NCBI GenBank assembly: GCA_963663385.2 | Contig: CAXXXD010000003.1 | Location: 704,001-768,000 of the forward strand | Length of the DNA: 64,000 bases | DNA from: Oceanispirochaeta sp. | Lineage (GTDB): Bacteria > Spirochaetota > Spirochaetia > DSM-2461 | Direction of reading: 5' to 3' | Shown here: in pieces, positions 10,704 to 20,348 of the stretch | Position numbering within the stretch: position 1 is the first letter of the stretch | Layout of the letters: the number at the start of each line of letters is the position of its first letter | Notes under the pieces: generated by a model | Database searches by the model: none | The model's input: the letters and a program-made list of their open reading frames with translations, nothing else | Told to the model about the DNA's origin: nothing | Program-made: the position numbers and the translations under genes

Positions 10704-11261
10704 ATGAGCAGAGTTGCAATTATTCTGGCTGAGGGACTGGAAGAAGTTGAGGCCGTTACCCCCATAGATTTTTTAAGAAGAGCCGGTATCAGCGTGGTAA
10801 CCGTCGGATTGACGGGAAGAGAAATAACGGGCGCCCACGGTATTACGATTCTGGCCGATACGGTGTTGTCTGATTTTGACGGAAGGGTCGATTGTATATT
10901 GATTCCCGGAGGAATGCCCGGAGCGGCCAATATTGCAGCCAGCAGGGATATTGTTGAGCTTGTGAGAGCATTTTATAAGGAAAGTAAACTGGTTGCGGCA
11001 ATTTGTGCCGCACCTGCTCTGGTGCTGGGCAAGGCTGCGGGTATTCTGAAAAACCGGTCTTACACCTGCTACCCCGGAATGGAGTCCGAAGCCGGGCCTG
11101 ATGGACGGTATACGGGAGAAAGGGTCGTGGTAGACGGGAATCTTATAACCGGATGCGGTCCCGGAGGGGCGGCTGAATTTACAGCGGCTGTTATTACAGC
11201 CCTTGCCGGAAAAAGCAGGGCAGATGAAGTAATGCGCGGCTCCCTGCAGGCAGGCTGCTGA
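10704..11261 (+). CDS. DJ-1/PfpI (YajL/ThiJ-like) protein
   Basis: AEGLEEVEA, IPGGMPGA, AAICAAP, TCYPG. Confidence 0.92.
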   Translation: MSRVAIILAEGLEEVEAVTPIDFLRRAGISVVTVGLTGREITGAHGITILADTVLSDFDGRVDCILIPGGMPGAANIAASRDIVELVRAFYKESKLVAAICAAPALVLGKAAGILKNRSYTCYPGMESEAGPDGRYTGERVVVDGNLITGCGPGGAAEFTAAVITALAGKSRADEVMRGSLQAGC

Positions 11262-11262
11262 T

Positions 11263-12477
11263 ATGAAAGAGATGACGATCATTGCCGAAGGCCATCTTAT
11301 TGATTCGGGCCTTCTGTCCAGTATCCTCAATTTTATCCTGGAAGAGGGGATGGACTACCGTATTACCGGAATGGATGTGGGAAAAACGAAGAATGAAACT
11401 ACCCGTGCGGAAATCCTGGTATTCGGAACAACCGATGAGAGCCTGCAGGAGATTATGACGAAGCTGACTCCCCTGGGGGCTTACGAAAAGGGGGCCGTCA
11501 ATGCCCAGTTTGAAGCCGCTCCCCGGGATAAAACGGCCCCTGTTAAGTTCTATTCCACCACCAACCACCGGACGGAAGTATATAGGGACGGAAAGTGGAA
11601 TCCTGTAGAGCATCAGAGGATGGATGCTGTTATAGTTCGTAAGGATGAGCGCTTAATCTGTACAAAAATACGGGATATTGTAAAAGGCGACGAGGTCCTC
11701 TGCGGGAGTGAGTCGGTTCATGTGTATCCTCCCCAGGCCGAGAAGAAGGACGACGGTTTTGCGTTTATGACCAATGAGGTCTCATCCGAGCGGAGTTATG
11801 ATATTGCTGTGGATACCATAGCCACGGAACTCCAGCAGATAAAAGACAGAGGCGGCAAGACCGTTGTAGTCTGCGGTCCCGTGGTCGTTCATACCGGAGG
11901 TGCTCCCGCTCTGGCAGCGCTGATAAAAGCCGGGTATATTCAGGGCTTTCTGGGAGGGAACGCTGTTGCCGTTCACGATCTGGAATCCTATTTTTACGGA
12001 ACCTCCCTGGGGGTAGACCTTGAAACGGGAAAACCGACTCACGGCGGTCATAATCACCATATGCGTGCCATCAACAAAATCAACAGTTACGGTTCGATCA
12101 GGGAAACCATCAATGCGGGCGAGTTGGACAGAGGCCTGATGTATGAAGTCATAAAGGCGGATATCCCCTACTGTCTGGCCGGGTCAATCCGTGACGACGG
12201 CCCCCTTCCAGAAACGGTAATGGATATGATTGAAGCCCAGTCCCAGTATGCGGAGATCATAAAGGATACGGATATGATCCTGATGCTTTCCTCCATGCTG
12301 CACTCCATCGGTACGGGAAACATGACCCCTTCCTGGGTAAAAACGGTCTGTATTGACATCAACCCGGCTGTGGTTACCAAGCTGGCAGACAGGGGCAGCG
12401 GGCAGGCAGTAGGTATCGTCAGCGATGTAGGCCTTTTTCTGATTGCATTGGCTAAGCGGCTGCGTCTGAACTTCTAA
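11263..12477 (+). CDS. TIGR00300 / LOR-SDH conserved-domain protein (ornithine cyclodeaminase-type)
   Basis: GHLIDS, FYSTTNH, FMTNEVSSER, GPVVVHTG, LAGSIRDDGPLP, MLHSIGTGN, TKLADRGS. Confidence 0.85.
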   Translation: MKEMTIIAEGHLIDSGLLSSILNFILEEGMDYRITGMDVGKTKNETTRAEILVFGTTDESLQEIMTKLTPLGAYEKGAVNAQFEAAPRDKTAPVKFYSTTNHRTEVYRDGKWNPVEHQRMDAVIVRKDERLICTKIRDIVKGDEVLCGSESVHVYPPQAEKKDDGFAFMTNEVSSERSYDIAVDTIATELQQIKDRGGKTVVVCGPVVVHTGGAPALAALIKAGYIQGFLGGNAVAVHDLESYFYGTSLGVDLETGKPTHGGHNHHMRAINKINSYGSIRETINAGELDRGLMYEVIKADIPYCLAGSIRDDGPLPETVMDMIEAQSQYAEIIKDTDMILMLSSMLHSIGTGNMTPSWVKTVCIDINPAVVTKLADRGSGQAVGIVSDVGLFLIALAKRLRLNF

Positions 12478-12479
12478 AT

Positions 12480-12600
12480 CATAAGTCCCCTTTTGATCAA
12501 ATACTGCGTTAGAAAACTGCACGGGGTGCTCATGTATCAAAGATACACTCCGCTCCCGGTTCATTTTCTGTCTTGTCTTTGATCAAAATCATGACTTATG
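12480..12600. repeat. ~120-bp intergenic element with terminal inverted repeats (MITE/REP-like)
   Basis: Left CATAAGTCcccTTTTGATCAAA vs right revcomp CATAAGTCatgaTTTTGATCAAA; internal TGTATC-aaa-GATACA hairpin. Confidence 0.5.
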
Positions 12601-12620
12601 GGGGTTTTCCCCCCTCCACT

Positions 12621-12666
12621 AAAAAAAGGCTGTCAAACCCGGTTCGAACCGGGAATTGACAGCCTT
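12621..12666 (-). terminator. Intrinsic terminator of ackA
   Basis: AAGGCTGTCAA...TTGACAGCCTT stem with T-run on minus strand. Confidence 0.75.
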
Positions 12667-12687
12667 GTTGTTTATAAGACGGAAGAA

Positions 12688-14022
12688 TTACAGTTCTACA
12701 ATTACATCTTTCAGAGCGGGATTCTTCTCGATGTTACCGGGAAGGGCTCTCTCTCTGGCCTTGTTTTTATACTCTTTACTCTGGAAGTAGTAGGTATAGT
12801 TTGTGTGAACATCGTAGCTGCCGTTCATCAGGGCATAGGTATCTTCTGTCATGACAAGTTCCTCATCTGTGGGAATAACAAAAACCTTTACAGGAGAATT
12901 GTCGGCTGAGATACAGGTCTCGCAGTTTCTGGAAATGGAAGCGGCATTCTTTTTCTCGTCCAGAATAATTCCCATGTTTTCCAGTCCCTGGAGGGATTTC
13001 ATTCTGTAGGTGGGGTTCATCTCTCCTACACCGGCTGTAAATACAACGGCGTCCACTCTGCCCAGTGCGGCATAATAGGAACCAATGTACTTTTTGATAC
13101 GGTAAGCTTCCATATCCTGAGCCAGGGTTGCTCTCTCTTCGCCTTTTTCGACTCCCGCCTGAACATCCCGTCTGTCCACAGTCCCTTCCGTAATTCCGAA
13201 AACTCCGCTTTTCTTGTTCATGGTGTCATCCATTTCTTTGGCATCCATACCGGTTTCATTCATCATATAGGTAACGATGGCGGGATCGATGTCTCCGCAT
13301 CTGGTGCCCATCATCAGGCCTTCAAGGGGAGTCATTCCCATGGAGGTATCAAAGCCCTTGCCGTCCTTTACGGCACACATGGAAGCGCCGTTACCGATAT
13401 GGGCAATGATAACGTTTGTTTTGGCAGGATCCTTGTCCATAAGAACAGAGGCTCTTTTGGCAGTGTACAGGTAGGATGTCCCGTGGAAACCATAGCGTCT
13501 TACATTATTTTCCTTGTACCACTTATAGGGAAGAGCATACATAAAGGACAGGGAAGGCATGGTCTGGTGCCAGGCTGTATCCATTACGGCACAGTGGGGA
13601 ACGGAAGGAAGAACCGCCATTGCTGCCCTGATACCAGTGATATTGGCGGGATTGTGCAGAGGCGCCAGGTGGTTGAGGCTTTCAAACTCTTTCAGAACTT
13701 CATCATTAACAATTACGGACTTTTTGAAAGCTTCTCCTCCGTGTACAACGCGATGACCAACAGCTTTGATTTCGCCCATATCGCTGATACAGCCGGCTTT
13801 TTCATCCAGAATGGTACTGATAATCCATTCTATGGCTTCCTTGTGGGAAGGACAGGCCTTCTTTTCTTCAAACTCGGGTTTATCAAGGGGTTTGTGTTCG
13901 ATATTGGATATATCCTGTCCGATTCTCTCTACCATTCCTACACCAAGGACTTCTTTTTTGTCCCAGTCATAAACCTGAAATTTTGCAGAAGAACTTCCGC
14001 AGTTCAGTGTTAAAATAACCAT
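12688..14022 (-). CDS. ackA: Acetate kinase
   Basis: [40 protein letters not shown]. Confidence 0.96.
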   Translation of the reverse strand: MVILTLNCGSSSAKFQVYDWDKKEVLGVGMVERIGQDISNIEHKPLDKPEFEEKKACPSHKEAIEWIISTILDEKAGCISDMGEIKAVGHRVVHGGEAFKKSVIVNDEVLKEFESLNHLAPLHNPANITGIRAAMAVLPSVPHCAVMDTAWHQTMPSLSFMYALPYKWYKENNVRRYGFHGTSYLYTAKRASVLMDKDPAKTNVIIAHIGNGASMCAVKDGKGFDTSMGMTPLEGLMMGTRCGDIDPAIVTYMMNETGMDAKEMDDTMNKKSGVFGITEGTVDRRDVQAGVEKGEERATLAQDMEAYRIKKYIGSYYAALGRVDAVVFTAGVGEMNPTYRMKSLQGLENMGIILDEKKNAASISRNCETCISADNSPVKVFVIPTDEELVMTEDTYALMNGSYDVHTNYTYYFQSKEYKNKARERALPGNIEKNPALKDVIVEL

Positions 14023-14271
14023 TTCATTCCTCCAGAGTAATACTTGCTAAATCTAAATCCGTAATTTGTACGGTAAAAGGCAGTAAAATTAAAATTTTGT
14101 TTTATTGTACAGTATGGAAAATAAAATTCAAGTCAGTGTACCTAAGGAAAGGGGTTTATCAGTATTTTTTTACTTTTAGATCTGTGCTAATTCTTCACTG
14201 TTATATTGCAGTTTTTACATTTATAAAAAAAATAACTTTGTGAATCCGAATTCCTGTTATATAATTATCCG

Positions 14272-15240
14272 GTGATTCAAGAAAGTGATGGTTCCCTTAA
14301 ATCCGGCGGAGAAGCTTTTACATTTAAAGCAGCAGACGGTGTTATGATTCATGGATGCCGTTGGATACCCGCAGAAAAAACAGTAAAAAGCATATTAATA
14401 ATCAATCACGGTATGGCCGAGCATATCCGGCGGTATAATGATTTTTCCCTTTTCCTGAATGAAAAGGGAATAGCCGTCTGGGGCGAGGATCACCGCGGAC
14501 ACGGGAAAACCGCCGGAGAAGAAACCAATCTGGGATATTTTGCCGATTCCGAAGGCTGGATGAAAGTCGTGGAGGATATCCGCAGTCTGTTCCTTCAGGT
14601 CAGAGAGGAGAATCCCGGCATTCCGGTTTTTATGATGGGGCACAGTATGGGGTCGTTTCTGACCCGGCACTACCTCAGTATATACGGAGATGACGGTCTG
14701 GCCGGAGCTATTATTTCCGGAACAGGATATACCTCCGGCGCCCTGGCTTCTATCGGCAGTCTGATCGCCAGCTTTGAAATCAGGACGAAGGGAAAACGGA
14801 ATCGCAGCAAGGTGCTGGACAATATGAGTTTCGGCTCCTTCAACAAGCCTTTTAAGGGAGAAGGCACCAGTGGCTTCGAATGGCTGAGCCGGGACAGGGA
14901 ACAGGTTCAGAAATACACCAGTGACCCCCTGTGCGGGTTTATCTGTACTTCGGGTCACTTCAAAGACCTCTTTTCGGGTGTGAAGATTATTAACAGTTTA
15001 AAGGCTTTTCAGAATACTACAGATAAACTGCCCCTGCTTATGATTTCCGGCGACAGGGACCCTGTGGGGAATAACGGCAGAGGCGTCCGGAAAGTCTATG
15101 ATCTGTACAGGAAAACGGGTCAACGGGATATAACCCTTCATCTGCTCACAGAGGGCAGACACGAATGCCTTAATGAAATCAACAAATCAGAAGTCTATAA
15201 TATTCTGTCCGACTGGATGGAAAAAAAAGTGATCGGCTGA
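14272..15240 (+). CDS. Alpha/beta hydrolase (lysophospholipase-like)
   Basis: HGMAEH, DHRGHG, GHSMG nucleophile elbow, RHE. Confidence 0.9.
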   Translation: MIQESDGSLKSGGEAFTFKAADGVMIHGCRWIPAEKTVKSILIINHGMAEHIRRYNDFSLFLNEKGIAVWGEDHRGHGKTAGEETNLGYFADSEGWMKVVEDIRSLFLQVREENPGIPVFMMGHSMGSFLTRHYLSIYGDDGLAGAIISGTGYTSGALASIGSLIASFEIRTKGKRNRSKVLDNMSFGSFNKPFKGEGTSGFEWLSRDREQVQKYTSDPLCGFICTSGHFKDLFSGVKIINSLKAFQNTTDKLPLLMISGDRDPVGNNGRGVRKVYDLYRKTGQRDITLHLLTEGRHECLNEINKSEVYNILSDWMEKKVIG

Positions 15241-15312
15241 GTTTTTTATAAAACCGGCAAAAAAGGGGAATTGCCTTAATTTCATAGGGAATTAATGGCG
15301 CAAAAGGAGTTG

Positions 15313-15346
15313 GAGGCTGTCTCATCCGGGACAGCCTCTTTTTTTT
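15313..15346 (+). terminator. Intrinsic terminator
   Basis: GAGGCTGTC...GACAGCCTC followed by T8. Confidence 0.8.
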
Positions 15347-15381
15347 GAATCATCCCGGCTTCCCGTGCTGTAGAAGCTGAT

Positions 15382-16701
15382 ATGATGAAAATTACGGTAA
15401 TCTTCCTTCTCGGGTTTCAATTTTTTCTTCTGGGAGCAGCAGAACAGACTCTTCGAAGCCAGTGGCGTCTTGAGGAATCTTCTACCTCATTTTTCTACCG
15501 CCTGGAGGAGGATGATGTTTCTACGGAGCTTCTGCTTCGCGCGGACGAATCCTTTAACGGGATTGAGCCTGCCCGCTTTATCTTTGATTCGCCCTTTATC
15601 CTGGCGGGGACAATCAAACCTCTGGGGATGTTTAAACTGTTTGAACTGGACTCGCTTATCGGCAGGGAGTCTCTTAAGGACAGGAGCCGCTACGGGGCGG
15701 ACAGGAGCGCAGAGTCCCTGGATAACCCGGGTGGCGCAGTTTTCTGGCCGGAGTGGGGAGGCCTGTTTTTTGAAACGAACCGGCAGCAGTATTTTAACGG
15801 AGGAACCTGGCTCAGCCTGGAACCGGGTTCCTGTTCCCATCTGGATTGTGCCCTGGATATAAGCATCCGGGAGGATGAGGAAACGGAAGATCCGGAAGAA
15901 GCTGAATGGTTCAGGGAGTCCCCTTCCGATGTGACGGGTTCCCTCCTTCATGCCGGTTCGGACCTGCGTTTTGATTACCGGTTTCTGAGCCTGAGGGTAA
16001 GAACTTCCCTGTCGGTAGGGGACCATTACTTTCCGGGTGTTTCTGTGCTGCCGGAAATCCATTTTATTTTTGACAGGGTTGCCCTTTATACCCGTTACTG
16101 GCGGAACTCCGCGGATTACCGGACCCGCTTTATGGAGTACCCGGACTGGAACTGGCAGTTTGAGGGAGAAGCCCTCTACTATACGGGCTGCGGCTTCTGG
16201 AGTCTGAAGGGATTAACGGGCCGGCCCAGACCGGAATCTCCTCCCTCCCCCCAAACCTGTGACCTGCCCTGCCAGGAGTATAATCTCAAATGGCAGAGGG
16301 AAGGAGACAGGCTGGACTGGCAGCTGAAGGGAACAGGATCTCTGGATCCGGAGGAATCCTCTCCTTATCAGCTGGGGGCTGAGGGATCTCTGGGCGTTCG
16401 TCTGGGCAGCTGGTATCTGAAAGGGGGAGGAGGGGGGCAGTGGGAGGGCTTTCCCCTCTGGCCTCTGTCCCGCAATGCCGAGATTCTGCTGCGGCACAGG
16501 GTAAAAGGACTGGTTCAGAACAGCCTGAAACTCTCCTGTTCGGCGGATGAGGACGGAACCGGCTGGGAGCCGGCCTGGTCCGGCACTGTTTTCCTGGGAA
16601 GGTGGAACTTCAGCGCCTCAGCCGCTTATGAAATGATGGAGTGGGGAGACCCGGCGCGGTCGCCCTTCTCCATGACCTTGAAAATCGAGTGGTCCGGTTA
16701 A
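15382..16701 (+). CDS. Hypothetical exported protein, possibly outer-membrane beta-barrel
   Basis: Signal peptide; aromatic, beta-strand-like periodicity; C-terminal MTLKIEW. Confidence 0.55.
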   Translation: MMKITVIFLLGFQFFLLGAAEQTLRSQWRLEESSTSFFYRLEEDDVSTELLLRADESFNGIEPARFIFDSPFILAGTIKPLGMFKLFELDSLIGRESLKDRSRYGADRSAESLDNPGGAVFWPEWGGLFFETNRQQYFNGGTWLSLEPGSCSHLDCALDISIREDEETEDPEEAEWFRESPSDVTGSLLHAGSDLRFDYRFLSLRVRTSLSVGDHYFPGVSVLPEIHFIFDRVALYTRYWRNSADYRTRFMEYPDWNWQFEGEALYYTGCGFWSLKGLTGRPRPESPPSPQTCDLPCQEYNLKWQREGDRLDWQLKGTGSLDPEESSPYQLGAEGSLGVRLGSWYLKGGGGGQWEGFPLWPLSRNAEILLRHRVKGLVQNSLKLSCSADEDGTGWEPAWSGTVFLGRWNFSASAAYEMMEWGDPARSPFSMTLKIEWSG

Positions 16702-16985
16702 GCGCTTTCTACCCCGGAATCCCGGGCTTCCACGGTTTCCGTGATTTTCTGTACAGCCTCATCCAGGGAGAGCCCGTGATAGGTGGTCCCCCCTATGGCC
16801 AGGCAGGGTTCCCTTTTCATCCTGTCCTTGTCCCGGCAGTAGCCCATACAGGGGCTTCCTTCAATCTCAACCCTGTTTTTTACGGTATCCGGAAGGTTAT
16901 CCATCAGCATCAGGTAGTTGCTTCCCCCCAGGATGTAGCAGGTTGTTCCTGTACAGATGGTGACTTTGATTCTTTCATTCTTCAT
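16698..16985 (-). CDS. NuoE-like thioredoxin-fold [2Fe-2S] protein
   Basis: ICTGTTCYILG...CMGYC. Confidence 0.8.
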   Translation of the reverse strand: MKNERIKVTICTGTTCYILGGSNYLMLMDNLPDTVKNRVEIEGSPCMGYCRDKDRMKREPCLAIGGTTYHGLSLDEAVQKITETVEARDSGVESA

Positions 16986-17010
16986 AATTCCTACTCCTTA
17001 CAGGGATTTC

Positions 17011-18192
17011 TCAGATAAAGCTGATAATGACATTCTTCAAATACTTTTCTTTCATAGTGCCGGCTATGTTCTTTACCACATTGCGCCGGATTTCCAGTTC
17101 CATGGGCATATTGGGATCCTGATGGGCATCGTTGATTCTTGTTCCCACCACAAAGTGGATCTCATCCGAATCCATCAGGGCTTCCACAATCTGTTCCGCC
17201 GGGTTTTTATAAATGGAAGAGGGTATCCTATGACAGCGCAGGTATTCGGATACCCTTCCCAGGGTAATGATCCCTTCCGTTATTAAAGAGATCCCCTCCA
17301 TGGTGGAGGCGGGGGGGATGTCGGCGCACTGGGAATCCAGATCCACCTGGATTTCCCTTCCCAGTTCCCTGGAAACAATATTGGCTGTCGTTCCCCCGCT
17401 GATTATGGTTCTTCCGGGGAAATCCCGTATCATCTCGGTCAGGGAGATATCCCTTTCCGGGTTGTAGGGAGGTCCGGTGGCTATGAGGAGCTTGCGGGGG
17501 TCCCTGAAGTAGACGGCCCCGCAGGTAATATCATCCTTGGCCCTGTATACATCATTCTTCAGGCTCTCGTTTACCACTTTCCGGGTCAGGGCGTCGGATG
17601 AAATATTGGGTTCCTCCGCCAGAATGCCCCGGATAAAACGGCGCACCGAATCATCTCCCCAGCCCAGGGGCCACATGGTTGTTCCCAGCCCCGACTGGGT
17701 TACCCCGTCGGAAAAGAAAATCAGCCTGTCTCCGGGGCGGGCGGTAAAATGGCAGCTTGTCACCTTGTTGCGCTTTACCGTCCCCGGCTTGAAGGTGACC
17801 GTGGTTTCATCGGGCGAGGCTATTTCATTGTCCCGTATAAGAATAAAATGGGGGTTGTCGTACTCCAGTATCTGAACCTCCCCCTGCTCGTCAATGTCCA
17901 CAATGGTAAAAGTGGCGTAACTGATCTGTCTCTCGCTGCAGACGGGCAGGGTGCGGGATATGAGTTCCGCCGTTTTCAGAACAGACAGGTTTTTCTCAAC
18001 CGAACGGAGGGCTATAGTGGCTGTCAGGGAGGAGAGCACATTGGCCCGTATCCCGCTGCCCAGCCCGTCGGAGAGAACGGAGATCATCCGCTGCCGGCCC
18101 TCCACTTTTCGGGAGAGAAAGGCGTCTCCGGGAGCGGATTCGCCGTTTTTCATAACCTGGTAGTAGCCTACATCAAGAAAGGTCTGATTCAT
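17011..18192 (-). CDS. SpoIIE/PP2C Ser/Thr phosphatase (HfsC-like)
   Basis: LSDGLGSG, ATFTI, FSDGVTQ, DDIT; C-terminal GGTT domain. Confidence 0.88.
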   Translation of the reverse strand: MNQTFLDVGYYQVMKNGESAPGDAFLSRKVEGRQRMISVLSDGLGSGIRANVLSSLTATIALRSVEKNLSVLKTAELISRTLPVCSERQISYATFTIVDIDEQGEVQILEYDNPHFILIRDNEIASPDETTVTFKPGTVKRNKVTSCHFTARPGDRLIFFSDGVTQSGLGTTMWPLGWGDDSVRRFIRGILAEEPNISSDALTRKVVNESLKNDVYRAKDDITCGAVYFRDPRKLLIATGPPYNPERDISLTEMIRDFPGRTIISGGTTANIVSRELGREIQVDLDSQCADIPPASTMEGISLITEGIITLGRVSEYLRCHRIPSSIYKNPAEQIVEALMDSDEIHFVVGTRINDAHQDPNMPMELEIRRNVVKNIAGTMKEKYLKNVIISFI

Positions 18193-19919
18193 CAGTGTTT
18201 TTCCCCGCCTTTTCCGCCGGGGCTGAAGGATTCAATAATGGTATTGAGCATAACCTCACTTTCTGCGGCATTTTCGCCCAGGAGAAAGGCAATCTGCTGA
18301 ACCGATTCAATATTTTTTTCCATAACCTGCTTGGCCTGGCGGATAATCCTCTCCTTCTGAACCTGGGGAGAGGTGACATCCTGAAAAATGGCTCCCACCG
18401 CCTGGTTCTTCTCTATGGAGAAAACAGAACCGTCCAGAATTTTGTCTCCGATATGGAAGGTTTCTCCGGTCAGGCTGCTGTCGCTTCGAAGCACCCCGTC
18501 GAATACGGCCGCAAAGGGGAGTATCTTTTCCAGCACCGCTCCCTTCAAACCGGGACGGGCCTTATAGGCTGTTTCTGTTTCCGGCCCTATCAGTCTGGCA
18601 AAGGCCCAGTTGCACTCGATGATATGCATATCCTGGTCTACAATCACCACCCCCGAAGGCATCGCTTTGAGCAGGGCGTTGGCCTTCTTTTCCGAGAGCT
18701 TTTTGAGGTAGCTCACGCACATATCCTTTTCGGCCCTGTTCTCCAGAAAAGCCCGGGCATACTCCCGGCAGGTATGGTAACCGCAGGCGCCGCAGTTTTT
18801 TTCGTCTTCGCTGTCGTACTTTCCAATGCGGCGCAGGGCCCTCCGGATATCCTCCTCCTTAAAATCCAGCTGGGGGGGAACCGTGATTTCCCTTTTGTAG
18901 CTGATGTCCCTGCACTGCAGGGCAGGATCGGGTTTTTTCTCTTCCCTGGACTGGGCGTAATCCTGAACCAGGCACTGTTTGACCGCGGAACCGACGGCCT
19001 TGGCCGCCGCCGGTCCATTAATACATCCCCCTTCGCAGGCCAGCAGTTCGAGAAAGAGGGGACCGTCCCCCTTTAGATTATCCAGTCCCTTCAGGATCTC
19101 ATCCATTTTGTGGATATTGGAAAAACTGAGCATCCTTCCCCGGGTATGGGCATCCTGCCGGCGGATGCTCTCTATCATCCCTCCTTCCGAGGGATAATAG
19201 GCTCCGTCCCCGGATGTCCGGGGAATAAAAATGTCATCGTTTTCCGGTGTCAGCCTGTAGGGATCGATCAGTTCATCATCAAACCAATGACGCAGGTCTT
19301 CAAAAGAAATGGCCAGATTCAAAAGATCGGGACGCAGATCGGCCTCCCGTTTTTTGGATATACAGGGACCTGCAAAGACAATGCGGACGTCCTCTCCGTA
19401 TATCTGCTTCAGTATACGGCAGTGGGTCAGAAGGGGAGAGAGGCTTTCTGATACATAGGAGGCATACTGAGGCTGATATTTGTTGATGTATTCCACAATG
19501 GTGGGACAGGCCGAGGAGATATGTATCTCCCTGTTGTTCCTGTTCAGAAGGGAGACCGTGTGCCTGGTGACCTCCTGAGCCCCCAGGGCTGTTTCCGAAA
19601 CCCCCGAGAATCCCAGCCTTCTGGCAGCCTTGATGAGCTGTCCCGCTTCAAGCCCGGGGAATTCACTTATAAAAGAGGGCGCCAGGGAGAGAATCACCTC
19701 CTCTTTCCGGTCGATCAGTTTTTTGGCCCGGGAGAGGTCGTTCCGGATTTTCTTTGCCCCCACGGGACAGACCCGGACGCAGTTGCCGCACAGTATGCAG
19801 TGATCCGTCAGAATTCTGGCGTGCCCATCCTTAACCTCGATGGTTTTTACAGGACAGTGTCTGAGGCATTTGTAGCAGTCCTGACACTCTGTTTCTTCTG
19901 TATATATGGGGTTCAGCAT
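18192..19919 (-). CDS. PAS-containing sensory [FeFe]-hydrogenase (HydS/HfsB-like)
   Basis: Two N-terminal 4Fe-4S motifs; H-cluster motifs SSACP, GPCISKKRE, ELLACEGGCING; CGACGYHTC FeS; PAS MPSGVVIVD. Confidence 0.88.
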   Translation of the reverse strand: MLNPIYTEETECQDCYKCLRHCPVKTIEVKDGHARILTDHCILCGNCVRVCPVGAKKIRNDLSRAKKLIDRKEEVILSLAPSFISEFPGLEAGQLIKAARRLGFSGVSETALGAQEVTRHTVSLLNRNNREIHISSACPTIVEYINKYQPQYASYVSESLSPLLTHCRILKQIYGEDVRIVFAGPCISKKREADLRPDLLNLAISFEDLRHWFDDELIDPYRLTPENDDIFIPRTSGDGAYYPSEGGMIESIRRQDAHTRGRMLSFSNIHKMDEILKGLDNLKGDGPLFLELLACEGGCINGPAAAKAVGSAVKQCLVQDYAQSREEKKPDPALQCRDISYKREITVPPQLDFKEEDIRRALRRIGKYDSEDEKNCGACGYHTCREYARAFLENRAEKDMCVSYLKKLSEKKANALLKAMPSGVVIVDQDMHIIECNWAFARLIGPETETAYKARPGLKGAVLEKILPFAAVFDGVLRSDSSLTGETFHIGDKILDGSVFSIEKNQAVGAIFQDVTSPQVQKERIIRQAKQVMEKNIESVQQIAFLLGENAAESEVMLNTIIESFSPGGKGGEKH

Positions 19920-20182
19920 TAATTCCCCTCTACCGTATCGTTCAATAAAAAGCCTTTCAGCAGATCGGGAAGATCTGACGCTTCCACATGGGTGTGGATC
20001 TGGTCGTTCAGATAGATAATGGGACCTTTCCGGCAGTTTTCCTGACAGAGGGCGCCCGACAGATTGATGTCCGCCTCCAGACTGTTCTCTTTCAGATAGT
20101 CCTGAATAATCTTCAAATTCGTATTGTTTCCTCTGGTAAAACAGGAACTTCCCATGCAGATGGTAATCTTTTTCTTATCCAT
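19919..20182 (-). CDS. [2Fe-2S] ferredoxin-like protein (HfsA-like)
   Basis: ICMGSSCFTRGN...LCQENCRKGP. Confidence 0.85.
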   Translation of the reverse strand: MDKKKITICMGSSCFTRGNNTNLKIIQDYLKENSLEADINLSGALCQENCRKGPIIYLNDQIHTHVEASDLPDLLKGFLLNDTVEGN

Positions 20183-20348
20183 GTTCTAGCGACCTCCGGA
20201 CAGCCTGTATGGTGGCATAAAAACAGGATTAAGTCAATAAATATATATCGATATAATAAAATCGATAAAAAATTACCAATTCTATTGACAAAAAAATAAA
20301 TCTGTAAAATTATATCGATAAATAATTACTCTTATTGAGGAGATTCAA

